Of a stretch of 24,582 nt of DNA, positions 16,838 through 24,582 are shown one piece after another. The notes beneath the pieces are model-generated. The model was not told the origin of the DNA, did not search any database, and was given only the letters and a program-made list of their open reading frames with translations. Origin of the DNA: Saprospiraceae bacterium (GTDB lineage: Bacteria > Bacteroidota > Bacteroidia > Chitinophagales > Saprospiraceae); NCBI GenBank assembly GCA_044227705.1, contig JBGAWE010000045.1, positions 1-24,582 of the forward strand. Reading direction: 5' to 3'. Position 1 is the stretch's first letter, and each line of letters begins with the position of its first letter. Both the position numbers and the translations under genes were made by a program.

Positions 16838-17809
16838 TCACTCCTCGCCCTCCGCCCGGGCCTCGCGCCGCCGGTCGCGGATGACGGCGATGCCCGCGTT
16901 CAGCTCGAAGCCAACTAGGATGATGAAACAATTGAGCTGGATCCAGAGCATCAGCACGATGAGCGTGCCGATGGAGCCGTAGACCTTGTTGTAGGAGCCG
17001 AAGTTGTCGACATAAAAGGAGAAGCCCCACGAGGTGAGGATGCTCAACAATGTCGCCACGACCGAGCCGGGGTTGACGAACGGGATGCGCCGCCGCGTCG
17101 CCGCGCCGAACTGGTAAATAAAGGAGATGCCCGTGTAGAAAAGCAGCATCACGACCACCCACCGGAAGCCGAACAGAACCATCCGCGCCAGCCAGCCGAC
17201 GTGGACATACTTGAACAGCAGCCCCAGCAACGTGTTGCCGAGGATGACGAACACCACGCTGGCGATGAGGACGATGCCCATCAGCGCTGTGAGCTTGAGG
17301 GCGGTGAGCCGCTTTTCCCAGCCGCCGCGCCGCCGGAATGTGCCCTTGTAGCGCTTCTCCATGCCGCGCATGAGCGACATCATGCCGTTCGAGGAGAACC
17401 ACAGCGCCAGCACAAAGCCGGCCGAGAGCAGCCCGCTGCGAGGGATGGTGGTGATGTCCTTGATGGTGTTGAAAATCATCTTGCCCACCGCCCCGGGCAT
17501 CACGTCGGAGATGCTTTTTTGCAACGTCTCCCCAAAAATCGAGTAGAGCGGCGTGTATGCCAGCAGCGTGAACAGCACGATGATGCTCGGGAAGATGCTC
17601 AAAAAGAAGCTGAACGCCATCGAATTCGCGCGGGCGGTGAGCGCGTCGTTCTTCGCCTCTTCACGGATGAAATCGATGAGGTTGTAGATGGGCACCCGTT
17701 TCAGCCCGGGCAGCGAGTGCGAACGCGCCCATCCGACGGCGCCGAGCCAGAGCGGGTTCCGCTCGATCAGCTGGTTGAGGCGGCCTTGCCATGTTTTTGG
17801 CTGACGCAT
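16838..17809 (-). CDS. YihY/BrkB (virulence factor BrkB / 'RNase BN'-like) family inner-membrane protein
   Basis: 323 aa with six predicted TM helices. The pattern ..NDALTARANSMAFSFFLSIFPSIIVL..RSGLLSAGFVLALWFSSNGMMSLMRGMEKRY..G..YNKVYGSIGTLIVLMLWIQLNCFIILVGFELNA is characteristic of YihY. Confidence 0.8.
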   Translation of the reverse strand: MRQPKTWQGRLNQLIERNPLWLGAVGWARSHSLPGLKRVPIYNLIDFIREEAKNDALTARANSMAFSFFLSIFPSIIVLFTLLAYTPLYSIFGETLQKSISDVMPGAVGKMIFNTIKDITTIPRSGLLSAGFVLALWFSSNGMMSLMRGMEKRYKGTFRRRGGWEKRLTALKLTALMGIVLIASVVFVILGNTLLGLLFKYVHVGWLARMVLFGFRWVVVMLLFYTGISFIYQFGAATRRRIPFVNPGSVVATLLSILTSWGFSFYVDNFGSYNKVYGSIGTLIVLMLWIQLNCFIILVGFELNAGIAVIRDRRREARAEGEE

Positions 17810-17817
17810 GGCTCTTT

Positions 17818-18237
17818 TTACGGTTCAAAAAAAGGGCGGAGACTGTCCAGCAGGTAGCCAGGTGCCTCGACGACCTTTTTCAGCTTCGCGTCGAAGAAGG
17901 CGAGGCGGACGCGGCCGGTGTTGGCCAGCTTCCCTTTTTCATTGAAAACTTCGACGTGGAAGGTGATTTCCCGCCCCGGCAATTCGCGGACTTGGGTCTG
18001 CACGGTCACCAGCTCGTCGTAGAAGATCGGCCGCAGGTAGCGCATCTCGACCGCCGCGACGGGCAGCCAGATGCCATCGCGCTCCTCCATCTCCTTGTAG
18101 CTCAAGCCGAGCGAGCGGATGGCCTCGACGCGGCCGACCTCGTAATACTCGGCGTACCGGCCATAGTAAAGATAGCCCATCTGGTCGGTCTCGCCATAGC
18201 GCACACGGATTTTGACCTCGCTTTGAAACATGGTCAA
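17818..18237 (-). CDS. acyl-CoA thioesterase, 4HBT/YbgC hotdog family
   Basis: 139 aa. VKIRVRYGETDQMGYLYYGRYAEYYEVGRVEAIRSLG matches the YbgC/FadM N-terminal catalytic motif. Its ATG overlaps the arcA stop by 4 nt (ATGA), so the two are co-transcribed. Confidence 0.8.
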   Translation of the reverse strand: MTMFQSEVKIRVRYGETDQMGYLYYGRYAEYYEVGRVEAIRSLGLSYKEMEERDGIWLPVAAVEMRYLRPIFYDELVTVQTQVRELPGREITFHVEVFNEKGKLANTGRVRLAFFDAKLKKVVEAPGYLLDSLRPFFEP

Positions 18238-19496
18238 ATGGATTCGCGCTCGACCGGGCAGGTCATGCAGTGCGAACCGCCGCGCGCCCGCGACAGCTCG
18301 TTCGAGGGGATGGTGATGATGGTGTTCTCTACCTTTTCAGGGTCGATTTTGCCGTTGGCGACGTCGCGCAGGAACTTCTCGGCCGTGCACACCTTGTACC
18401 CGAAGTCTTTGAAAGCCCGCTCCGTCATCGGGTTTCTGTCGTAGGTGACGGCGACGCCGGGCTTCAGCGCGACGAGGTTGCAGCCGTCGGTCCACTGTTC
18501 GCGCTCCTGGTACGGGGTCTCGCCGCCGCCCGCGTAGATGAACTCCATCTTCGGGTTCACCTCGGCCAGCATGAAGTCGACGATGGTGCCGTACTCGACC
18601 TCCTCGCCGTTCGAGCGGTAGACGTCCACGAAGCTGCCCAGCCCATCCTTTATCAGCGGCTTGAAAGCCACGATATGGTCGCGGTTGATGTGTGTGAAGA
18701 CCGTGTCGATGTGCATGTAGGTGCGCTCCGCCGGGATGTTTATCTGGACGATGTTCTTCATCAGCCCGCGCTCGAAGAGGTGGTCCTTGAGCGCGCGGAA
18801 GCTGTAGTCGTTCGTCCGCTCGGAGCAGCCGATGAGCAAGGTGTCGGGGTTGATGACCATCACGTCGCCGCCTTCGAGGCTGATGTGCTCCCCTTTTTTG
18901 GAGGGCGGGAACTTGTCGACGCGGTTCAAGTTGATGGTCTTTCCGTCAATTTTCAATCTTCTGAACCACGGGTGGCTCGAAAAGATGAGCCGGGTCAGGA
19001 AGTTTTCCCGGTAACGAGCCGTCTTTGCCGCCCGCGTGATGATGACGTGGTCACGAACCGTCACGGCTATGTCGCGGGTGAAAATGAAGTTGGGGATGGG
19101 GTCGAAAAGGTACCTGTCCTCCTTGTCGAGATAACCGCTTATGAGGACGTCCGCCAGTTCCTCCGGTGACAGCCCGGCCAGTCGTGGGATGAACGAATAG
19201 GGCAGCTCCTCGAAGTCGATGATTTTGTTGATGACCTCGTACTTGCTCTCCTCGTCGCGGGCCGAGTCGGCGAGCAGGTCGCGCGTTTCGAGAACGTTCT
19301 CCTTCCCGACGAAGGCCCGCAGCACTGCTGTAAACACGTCATGCTCGTCTTGCATGTTGGGGACGTGGACGATGTCGTCGAACAGAAGCTCTTCCGCTCT
19401 TTTTGGGGTGATGCGGGCGATGCCCTCGTCGGGTCGGTGAACGATGACTTTTTTGAGCTTACCGATTTCGGAGTCGACGTAGATGCGGCTGTCCAT
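18234..19496 (-). CDS. arcA: arginine deiminase
   Basis: 420 aa. The N-terminal IYVDSEIGKLKKVIVHRPDEGIARITP and the C-terminal catalytic region ..SRARGGSHCMTCPVERE (Cys nucleophile) match ADI/amidinotransferase-fold arginine deiminases. Confidence 0.8.
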   Translation of the reverse strand: MDSRIYVDSEIGKLKKVIVHRPDEGIARITPKRAEELLFDDIVHVPNMQDEHDVFTAVLRAFVGKENVLETRDLLADSARDEESKYEVINKIIDFEELPYSFIPRLAGLSPEELADVLISGYLDKEDRYLFDPIPNFIFTRDIAVTVRDHVIITRAAKTARYRENFLTRLIFSSHPWFRRLKIDGKTINLNRVDKFPPSKKGEHISLEGGDVMVINPDTLLIGCSERTNDYSFRALKDHLFERGLMKNIVQINIPAERTYMHIDTVFTHINRDHIVAFKPLIKDGLGSFVDVYRSNGEEVEYGTIVDFMLAEVNPKMEFIYAGGGETPYQEREQWTDGCNLVALKPGVAVTYDRNPMTERAFKDFGYKVCTAEKFLRDVANGKIDPEKVENTIITIPSNELSRARGGSHCMTCPVERESI

Positions 19497-19570
19497 TTTG
19501 AAAGTTGGCTGTTAGAACTTGCCGCAAAGGTTGCCACGGAAATCCGCAAGGCCAAGCTTGACCGAGAGGC

Positions 19571-21061
19571 TCAATCGACCAGCGTGACGCGAAGCATGTT
19601 CGTCCGGTATTTTTTCTCGATGGGCATGGAGCCGGTGTTCACGATGATGTCGCCTGCTTTGATGAAACCGGCACTTTTCAGGATTTCGGTCGTATCGGAA
19701 ATGGTTTCGTCCGTCGTCGTGAACCGGTCGTAATAAAAGCACTGCACGCCCCAGCAAAGGTTGAGCGTTGCGAGCATGTGCGGCTGCTCGGAGAAGATGA
19801 AAATGGGGCAGTTCGGCCGGAAGCTCGACACCTTGAAGCCCGTGTAGCCGGAGGTCGTCATGCCGACAATACCTCGCGCCCCGATTTCCTCGGCGATTGC
19901 CCCTGCCTTGAAGCATACCATGTCGCTGTAATAGCTGCGCGACTTGGTGCTAGGCTTCGGCCGCCTCGAAGTGATGGCTTCGTGGACGTATTTCTCCGTC
20001 TCCTCCACAATCCTCGACATGTACTCGACCACTTTGACAGGGTGTTTGCCCGCCGCTGTCTCGCCCGAGAGCATCACGGCGTCGGCGCCGTCGAGGACGG
20101 CGTTGGCCACGTCGGTCGTCTCGGCTCGGGTGGGGGAGGGGTTGGTCATCATGCTCTCCATCATCTGCGTGGCCACGATGACCGGCCGCGCCCACTGCAT
20201 GCACTTATTGACGATCTCCTTTTGGACGTGCGGCAGTTTTTCGATGGGCATCTCCACCCCGAGATCGCCCCGGGCGACCATGATGGCGTTGGCGACCTTG
20301 ATGATGGAGTCGATGTTCTTGACGGCTTCCGGCTTCTCGATTTTGGCCAAAACCTTCGCGGTGTGCCCCACTGCCTGTACCCGATCGATTAGGTCCTGCA
20401 CGTCTTCCGCCCGGCGGACAAAGGAAAGCGCAATCCAATTGATGCTCGGCTGGGTGAATATGAACTCCAAATCAGCCAAGTCCTTCGGCGTGAGCGACGG
20501 CTGCGAGACGTTCGTGTCCGGAAGGTTGACCCCTTTTTTTGAGGAAAGGATCCCGCCGAACAACGTGACCATCCGCACCGTGTCCTTTTTGTTCGTCTCG
20601 ACAACTTCGAAAACGAGTTTCCCGTCGTCGACCATGACCTTTTCACCGACCTCAACGTCCATCGGGAAATGGTCGTAGCTCATGTAGATGCGCTCGCGGT
20701 TGCCCACGCACGGCTCGTTGACGAAGGTTATGACGTCGCCCTCTGCAAGCGGCAGCGCGTTGTTCTCGATCTCGCCGACACGCAGCTTCGGCCCTTGCAG
20801 GTCGGCGAGGATGCCGATGTGCGTGTTGTACTTCTCGTTGATGTAGTTGATGTGGTTGATGATGGCCAGCTTGTCGGCATGGCTTCCATGAGAGAAGTTG
20901 AGACGGAAGACATCGACCCCCGCCCGCACCAAGTCGAGCAGCGTCTCGTAGCTACTGCTGGCTGGGCCGATGGTGGCCACGATTTTCGTGTTCTGGCGAG
21001 TGGTGCGGAGCATGTTGCGCTGCATGAGGAGGCTGTCGTCAGCCTTTGGGTTCTGAATCAT
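19571..21061 (-). CDS. pyk: pyruvate kinase
   Basis: ..KIVATIGPASSSYETLLDLVRAGVDVFRLNFSHGSH.., ..MVARGDLGVEMP.., ..VIVATQMMESM.., ..MLSGETAAGKHP.. are canonical PK motifs. The real start is probably the internal ATG at about 21013 (MLRTTRQNTKIVATIGP). Confidence 0.9.
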   Translation of the reverse strand: MIQNPKADDSLLMQRNMLRTTRQNTKIVATIGPASSSYETLLDLVRAGVDVFRLNFSHGSHADKLAIINHINYINEKYNTHIGILADLQGPKLRVGEIENNALPLAEGDVITFVNEPCVGNRERIYMSYDHFPMDVEVGEKVMVDDGKLVFEVVETNKKDTVRMVTLFGGILSSKKGVNLPDTNVSQPSLTPKDLADLEFIFTQPSINWIALSFVRRAEDVQDLIDRVQAVGHTAKVLAKIEKPEAVKNIDSIIKVANAIMVARGDLGVEMPIEKLPHVQKEIVNKCMQWARPVIVATQMMESMMTNPSPTRAETTDVANAVLDGADAVMLSGETAAGKHPVKVVEYMSRIVEETEKYVHEAITSRRPKPSTKSRSYYSDMVCFKAGAIAEEIGARGIVGMTTSGYTGFKVSSFRPNCPIFIFSEQPHMLATLNLCWGVQCFYYDRFTTTDETISDTTEILKSAGFIKAGDIIVNTGSMPIEKKYRTNMLRVTLVD

Positions 21062-21124
21062 TAGACCAATAGCGTTTTTGCGGCTATGTGATCAGGGCGG
21101 CCCAAAGGTAGAAACGCCTTTCAA

Positions 21125-21475
21125 TCAGGCTGCTTGCGAAAAAAGCTCCATTTGAAAATTGCTCCCGGCCAAGCTCAAGAACCGGGCGTATCGCAGCTTC
21201 TCTTTGCTGTTGGTGCGCAGCGAGATGAGCTTGGCCAGCTCGAGCGACAGATAATAGTCGTCGACCGGCTGGCTGATCGGGCTGGGCCGCCGGCCGAAGT
21301 CGCGCAGCTCCACAGGTCGACGGATTCCGTCGCTAAACTCATAGGTGTCGCGCAGCCACCGCCGCAGGTTCACGCCATAGCTGTGGTTGGGCAGGCCCAG
21401 CGCGAGGTGGAGGTTGCTCGCAGTCACGACCTTCGTCCCTTTCTTGCTCTCCAAAATTTTGAGTTCCATAGCCAA
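21125..21475 (-). CDS. phage antirepressor-like (AntA/Rha/Bro-N-type) DNA-binding domain protein
   Basis: 116 aa. ..KVVTASNLHLALGLPNHSYGVNLRRWLRDTYEFSDGIR...DDYYLSLELAKLISLRTNSKEKLRYARFL follows the AntA/AntB N-terminal pattern (v.ta.el...LG.......f..Wik..i..y.f.eg.Dy.....DY.ltld.AK...m....). Assigned from memory of the family, not from a search. Confidence 0.4.
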   Translation of the reverse strand: MAMELKILESKKGTKVVTASNLHLALGLPNHSYGVNLRRWLRDTYEFSDGIRRPVELRDFGRRPSPISQPVDDYYLSLELAKLISLRTNSKEKLRYARFLSLAGSNFQMELFSQAA

Positions 21476-21850
21476 AAGGTTTCTGTTTTAAGACCTCAAA
21501 TTTGACGGCACAAACTTAACGCAAGTTGTTTTTAAGACACAAAAAATTTTATGAAAATCTTGATATATTTTTTTAAATAAAACAAAAGTCGAGGCTTTGG
21601 CGGAAGGGCTGCCCGGGCCTCTCGGGATGTGATGCTAGAATGACAGTTTGCTTTTTTACACCTATTTCATAGGATTTGACTGACAAAACCTCCTACTGCT
21701 CACCCGTCACTTGGAATCGGCAAAAAAATATGTTTTTAGAATCTTGCCGTTTTGTTTTGTCGGATTTCACCTTTGCTGCAACAGAAAACCTCCAACAGAA
21801 ACTGACTCCGACGACTTTTTCGGACCTTTAATTTGACACCGGTGGAGGCG
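21476..21850. other. AT-rich intergenic island with short direct repeats, in an otherwise ~60% GC window
   Basis: Repeats seen directly: TTTTAAGAC twice (about 21487 and 21532), ATTTGAC three times (about 21503, 21673, 21825), AAAACCTCC twice (about 21686 and 21787), and A/T runs (ttttatgaaaatcttgatatatttttttaaataaaacaaaag). No ORF larger than 60 aa. Confidence 0.5.
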
Positions 21851-22088
21851 AGTTGACCGTCTCGCCCCGCCCAAGCTCGACCAGATTGGACGCAAACCAA
21901 CAGAAGCAACTGCCCCGGCAACTCGATTTCTCGGCCGAGGGCATCCGAATCGTTGCGCTCGACGAGCGGCGGTTGCTGTTGTTTTTATCCGACCGGGCCG
22001 TCTTATTCGACGAACTTGATGTCCGGATCAGACGGTCGAAGACCTCCGCGAAATCGACCAAATCTGCCGCGAATACTGTCTGCCAAGT

Positions 22089-22427
22089 ATGAAAAAGGTG
22101 GGCGAGGACTGGCCCTATTTCACTCGTTGGCTGGCATTTGAAAAAAAGAGTGGCCTGCTCGTGGCCGACTTCATGCTCAAAACGGGCCTCGACTCGACGG
22201 GCGCGGTGGAGATTGGCTACGGGGTTTTCGGCGGCCACGCCGGGCAGGGCGTGATGACGCGGACTATGCGCTGCTTCCTCGAATGGGCGCGGCTCCACTC
22301 GCCCATCAAGCGGGTGAAAGCGGAAGTCGAGCGCGGAAATGCGGCCTCCATCCGCGTTCTCGAAAAGAACGGTTTCCGGCCGTTCGCACCGCTGGTTGAC
22401 ACAGTCTGGTGGGAAAGGCGACTCTGA
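22089..22427 (+). CDS. GNAT acetyltransferase (RimJ/RimL-like), C-terminal two-thirds only; probably a frameshifted pseudogene
   Basis: Frame 0 is open from 22020 but has no ATG before 22089. ..TVEDLREIDQICREYCLPS|MKKVGEDWPYFTRWLAFEKKSGLLVADFMLKTGLDSTGAVEIGYGVFGGHAGQGVMT..KRVKAEVERGNAASIRVLEKNGF covers GNAT motifs C, D, A and B. The expected N-terminal strand (..LDERRLLLFLSDRAVLFDEL) is in frame 1 (ORF 21853..22092), shifted at about 22018-22022. Confidence 0.55.
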   Translation: MKKVGEDWPYFTRWLAFEKKSGLLVADFMLKTGLDSTGAVEIGYGVFGGHAGQGVMTRTMRCFLEWARLHSPIKRVKAEVERGNAASIRVLEKNGFRPFAPLVDTVWWERRL

Positions 22428-22664
22428 CGAATTGGGGGCGATTCGTCGAAGGGCGCCGATGGCATTTACGGACGGTAAAGGTGGCCGAGAGTTGGCCGGG
22501 CCGCGGCTTGGCTTGGTCGTCGTCGGCCTTGCATTCGTCTGATGGGGGGAATTTTGGGTGAGGTTGGCCGGTTTGTGGGCTGTCAGTTCGGAGCGCTGGC
22601 GCGCCTTCTCAAAAGAACAGCGGACAGTCCGGGCTGGCAGATTCTTCACTCAAATTCCAACAAA

Positions 22665-24536
22665 ATGGAAACGATTTTAGGCTTTTGGTGGGTCATCCTG
22701 CCGCTGCTCGCCGTGCTTTTTCACCGGAAGCTCTTTCAACTGCTCGGCATCGTCATCATCCCGGAGGACAAGATCGGGCTGGTGACGAAGAAGTTCGTCC
22801 TCTTTGGCACCAACCGCGAGCTGCCCGATGGGCGCATCATCGCCACGAAGGGTGAGGCCGGTTATCAAGCACAACCGCTGCCGCCGGGGCTGCACTTCGG
22901 CAAGTGGATTTGGCAGTACGAAATCAAGCTCCAGCCGTTGACCGTTATCCCCAACGGACAGATCGGCCTGCTCGTGGCGAAGGACGGCGAGGAGCTGCAG
23001 AACGGCCGGGTGCTGGCCCCAGAGGTGCCATGCGACACGTTTCAGGACGCAGTCGCCTTCCTTTCCGATGGCGGGCAGAAGGGACGGCAGTCCGGCTACC
23101 TGACGGCAGGAACATACCGCGTCAACACCTTTCTGTTCAACGTCGAGCTGACAGAGATGACGCGGATCGACGAGAACAAGGTCGGCATCGTCACGACGCT
23201 CGACGGCGAGGCCATCACGGCAGGCAACATCGCCGGGCGACAAGTTGACGGGCACAACAACTTCCAGAACCCCGACGCCTTCCTCCGAGCGGGCGGGATG
23301 CGGGGGCTGCAACAGCAAATCGTGCTCTCGGGCCTTTACAACTTCAACCCGTGGTTTGTGCAGGTTGAGCAGGTGGAGATGGTGACGATTCCGATTGGCT
23401 ATGTCGGCGTGGTCAACTCGTTCGTCGGCGACGAGGGGCAAGACGTGACGGGCGACGAGTTCAAGCACGGCAACATCGTCCATAAAGGGAAAAAGGGCGT
23501 TTGGATCGAGCCGCTCGGCCCCGGTCGCTACCCACTCAACCCTTACACGATGAAGGTGGAGCCGGTGCCGACGACCAACCTCGTGCTCAACTGGGCCAAT
23601 GCACGCACGGAGGCACACAACCTCGACCGGCATCTGTCAACCATCACAGTCAGGTCGAGGGACGGCTTCCCGTTCAACCTCGACGTGTCGCAAATCATCC
23701 ACATACCGGCGGTCGATGCGCCGAAAGTGATCGCGCGGTTCGGGACGATGGGCAACCTCGTCAGCCAGGTTTTGGAGCCGACCATCGGCAACTACTTCCG
23801 CAACTCGGCGCAGAATGCCGACGTCATCTCCTTCCTCACCAGCCGGAAGGAGCGTCAGGACTCTGCCCGCGAGCATATTCGCCGGGTGTTGCAGGAGTAC
23901 AATGTCTATGGCGTCGACACGCTCATTGGCGACATCGTTCCGCCGGAAAGCTTGATGAAAACCTTGACGGACAGGAAGATCGCAGAGGAGCAGAAGGCAA
24001 CCTACGAGACCCAGCGGCTGGCGCAAGAGACGCGGCAAGCGCTCGAAAAAGAGACAGCAGTCGCCGATATGCAAAAGGAGATTGTGCAGGCGCAACAGGG
24101 TGTGCAGATTGCCGAGCGCATCGCCGACGCGGCGGTTCGGAAGGCTTCGGGCGAGGCACAGTCCATCAAAATCCAGGCGGACGCCGACTCGGAGCGCGTC
24201 AAGCTCATCGCCGGTGCCGATGCGGAGAAGATCCGGCTGATGGGAGCAGCCGAGGCGCAGCGCACGACCGTGACGGGCGAGGCCGAGGCATCGAAAATCC
24301 TTGCGATTGGCAAGTCAAACGCCGAGTCCTACGAGTTGCAGGTGCAGGCTATGGGCGGCGAGTCGTTTGCCAAGCTCAAAATCATGGAGGTAATCGGTCG
24401 CGAAGGCGTTCGAATCATCCCCGACACGCTCATCATGGGCGCGGGCGGTCAGGGCGCGTCGGTCATCGACTTGATGGGGCTGCGGCTCATCGAGGAGTGG
24501 AACAAGACGGGTAAGAAGCCGGAGGCTGAGGCCTGA
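22665..24536 (+). CDS. flotillin / SPFH (band-7) domain protein, YqiK-like
   Basis: ATG at 22665 gives METILGFWWVILPLLAVLFHRKLFQLLGIVII, an N-terminal membrane anchor. The track ORF starts at an upstream in-frame codon (22542). An SPFH domain follows, then a ~200-aa Ala/Glu/Gln-rich coiled coil (..AEEQKATYETQRLAQETRQALEKETAVADMQKEIVQAQQG..EAQRTTVTGEAEASKILAIGKSNAESYELQVQA) typical of flotillins. Confidence 0.8.
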   Translation: METILGFWWVILPLLAVLFHRKLFQLLGIVIIPEDKIGLVTKKFVLFGTNRELPDGRIIATKGEAGYQAQPLPPGLHFGKWIWQYEIKLQPLTVIPNGQIGLLVAKDGEELQNGRVLAPEVPCDTFQDAVAFLSDGGQKGRQSGYLTAGTYRVNTFLFNVELTEMTRIDENKVGIVTTLDGEAITAGNIAGRQVDGHNNFQNPDAFLRAGGMRGLQQQIVLSGLYNFNPWFVQVEQVEMVTIPIGYVGVVNSFVGDEGQDVTGDEFKHGNIVHKGKKGVWIEPLGPGRYPLNPYTMKVEPVPTTNLVLNWANARTEAHNLDRHLSTITVRSRDGFPFNLDVSQIIHIPAVDAPKVIARFGTMGNLVSQVLEPTIGNYFRNSAQNADVISFLTSRKERQDSAREHIRRVLQEYNVYGVDTLIGDIVPPESLMKTLTDRKIAEEQKATYETQRLAQETRQALEKETAVADMQKEIVQAQQGVQIAERIADAAVRKASGEAQSIKIQADADSERVKLIAGADAEKIRLMGAAEAQRTTVTGEAEASKILAIGKSNAESYELQVQAMGGESFAKLKIMEVIGREGVRIIPDTLIMGAGGQGASVIDLMGLRLIEEWNKTGKKPEAEA

Positions 24537-24582
24537 TGCCGTAGTTTTTCAAACAAAAAAGCCTGCTCTGTTCAAACAGGGC

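Noticed and set aside
16746-17402. 218-aa minus-strand ORF inside the yihY region
   Set aside because: It is in an alternative frame of the YihY/BrkB gene (16838..17809), whose frame has six TM helices and family motifs.
21062-21124. Candidate Bacteroidota -7 box TACCTTTG (minus strand, plus coordinates 21103-21110) upstream of pyk
   Set aside because: I could find no matching -33 TTG element at the right spacing, and the true pyk start codon is uncertain, so I do not list it as a promoter.
21953-22141. 62-aa ORF MRSTSGGCCCF..., plus ORF 22217..22465 (-) and ORF 22339..22542 (+)
   Set aside because: Short, with no motifs, and overlapping the GNAT fragment or its frameshift region in other frames.
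24537-24582. Possible terminator hairpin after the flotillin gene (..aaaaaagcctgctctgttcaaacagggc)
   Set aside because: Only a short CTGTT-caa-AACAG stem is visible before the window ends, and the downstream T-tract cannot be assessed.

Overview
This is a GC-rich (about 60% GC) chromosomal segment that is almost certainly from a Bacteroidota genome. Two secreted proteins end in T9SS C-terminal sorting domains, one type-B 'gliding-motility' CTD and one type-A Por_Secre_tail CTD, and no Shine-Dalgarno sequences are evident. I can support about 20 protein-coding genes and found no rRNA, tRNA, CRISPR array, transposase or integrase.

Gene content, left to right:
- 3' end of a GH77 4-alpha-glucanotransferase (malQ).
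- A minus-strand block: soluble histidine kinase, FIST-domain sensor, gamma-carbonic-anhydrase-like hexapeptide protein, small lipoprotein, and an orphan Cas6-family endoribonuclease gene with no array or other cas genes nearby.
- A giant (about 2,260 codon) T9SS-secreted adhesin. It has 3 SprB-type repeats, about 13 tandem repeats of roughly 270 bp, and one in-frame TAA stop inside a conserved N-terminal motif.
- A GNAT acetyltransferase.
- A T9SS-secreted clan GH-A glycoside hydrolase.
- An OmpA-family gene followed by a gene for a membrane-anchored coiled-coil protein with two HhH-type domains, which appears to be split by a +1/-1 frameshift.
- An arcA (arginine deiminase), 4HBT thioesterase and YihY/BrkB operon.
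- Pyruvate kinase.
- A phage antirepressor (AntA/Rha-like) gene beside a roughly 375 bp AT-rich island carrying short direct repeats.
- A GNAT gene that looks frameshifted.
- A flotillin/SPFH gene.

Most notable: the lone, possibly catalytically divergent cas6 translationally coupled to a lipoprotein gene; three independent reading-frame disruptions (one nonsense, two frameshifts); and the AT-rich island with phage-like flanks.

The supplied ORF track uses ATG, GTG and TTG as starts, so several listed starts are probably too far upstream; I give preferred starts where the sequence supports them.
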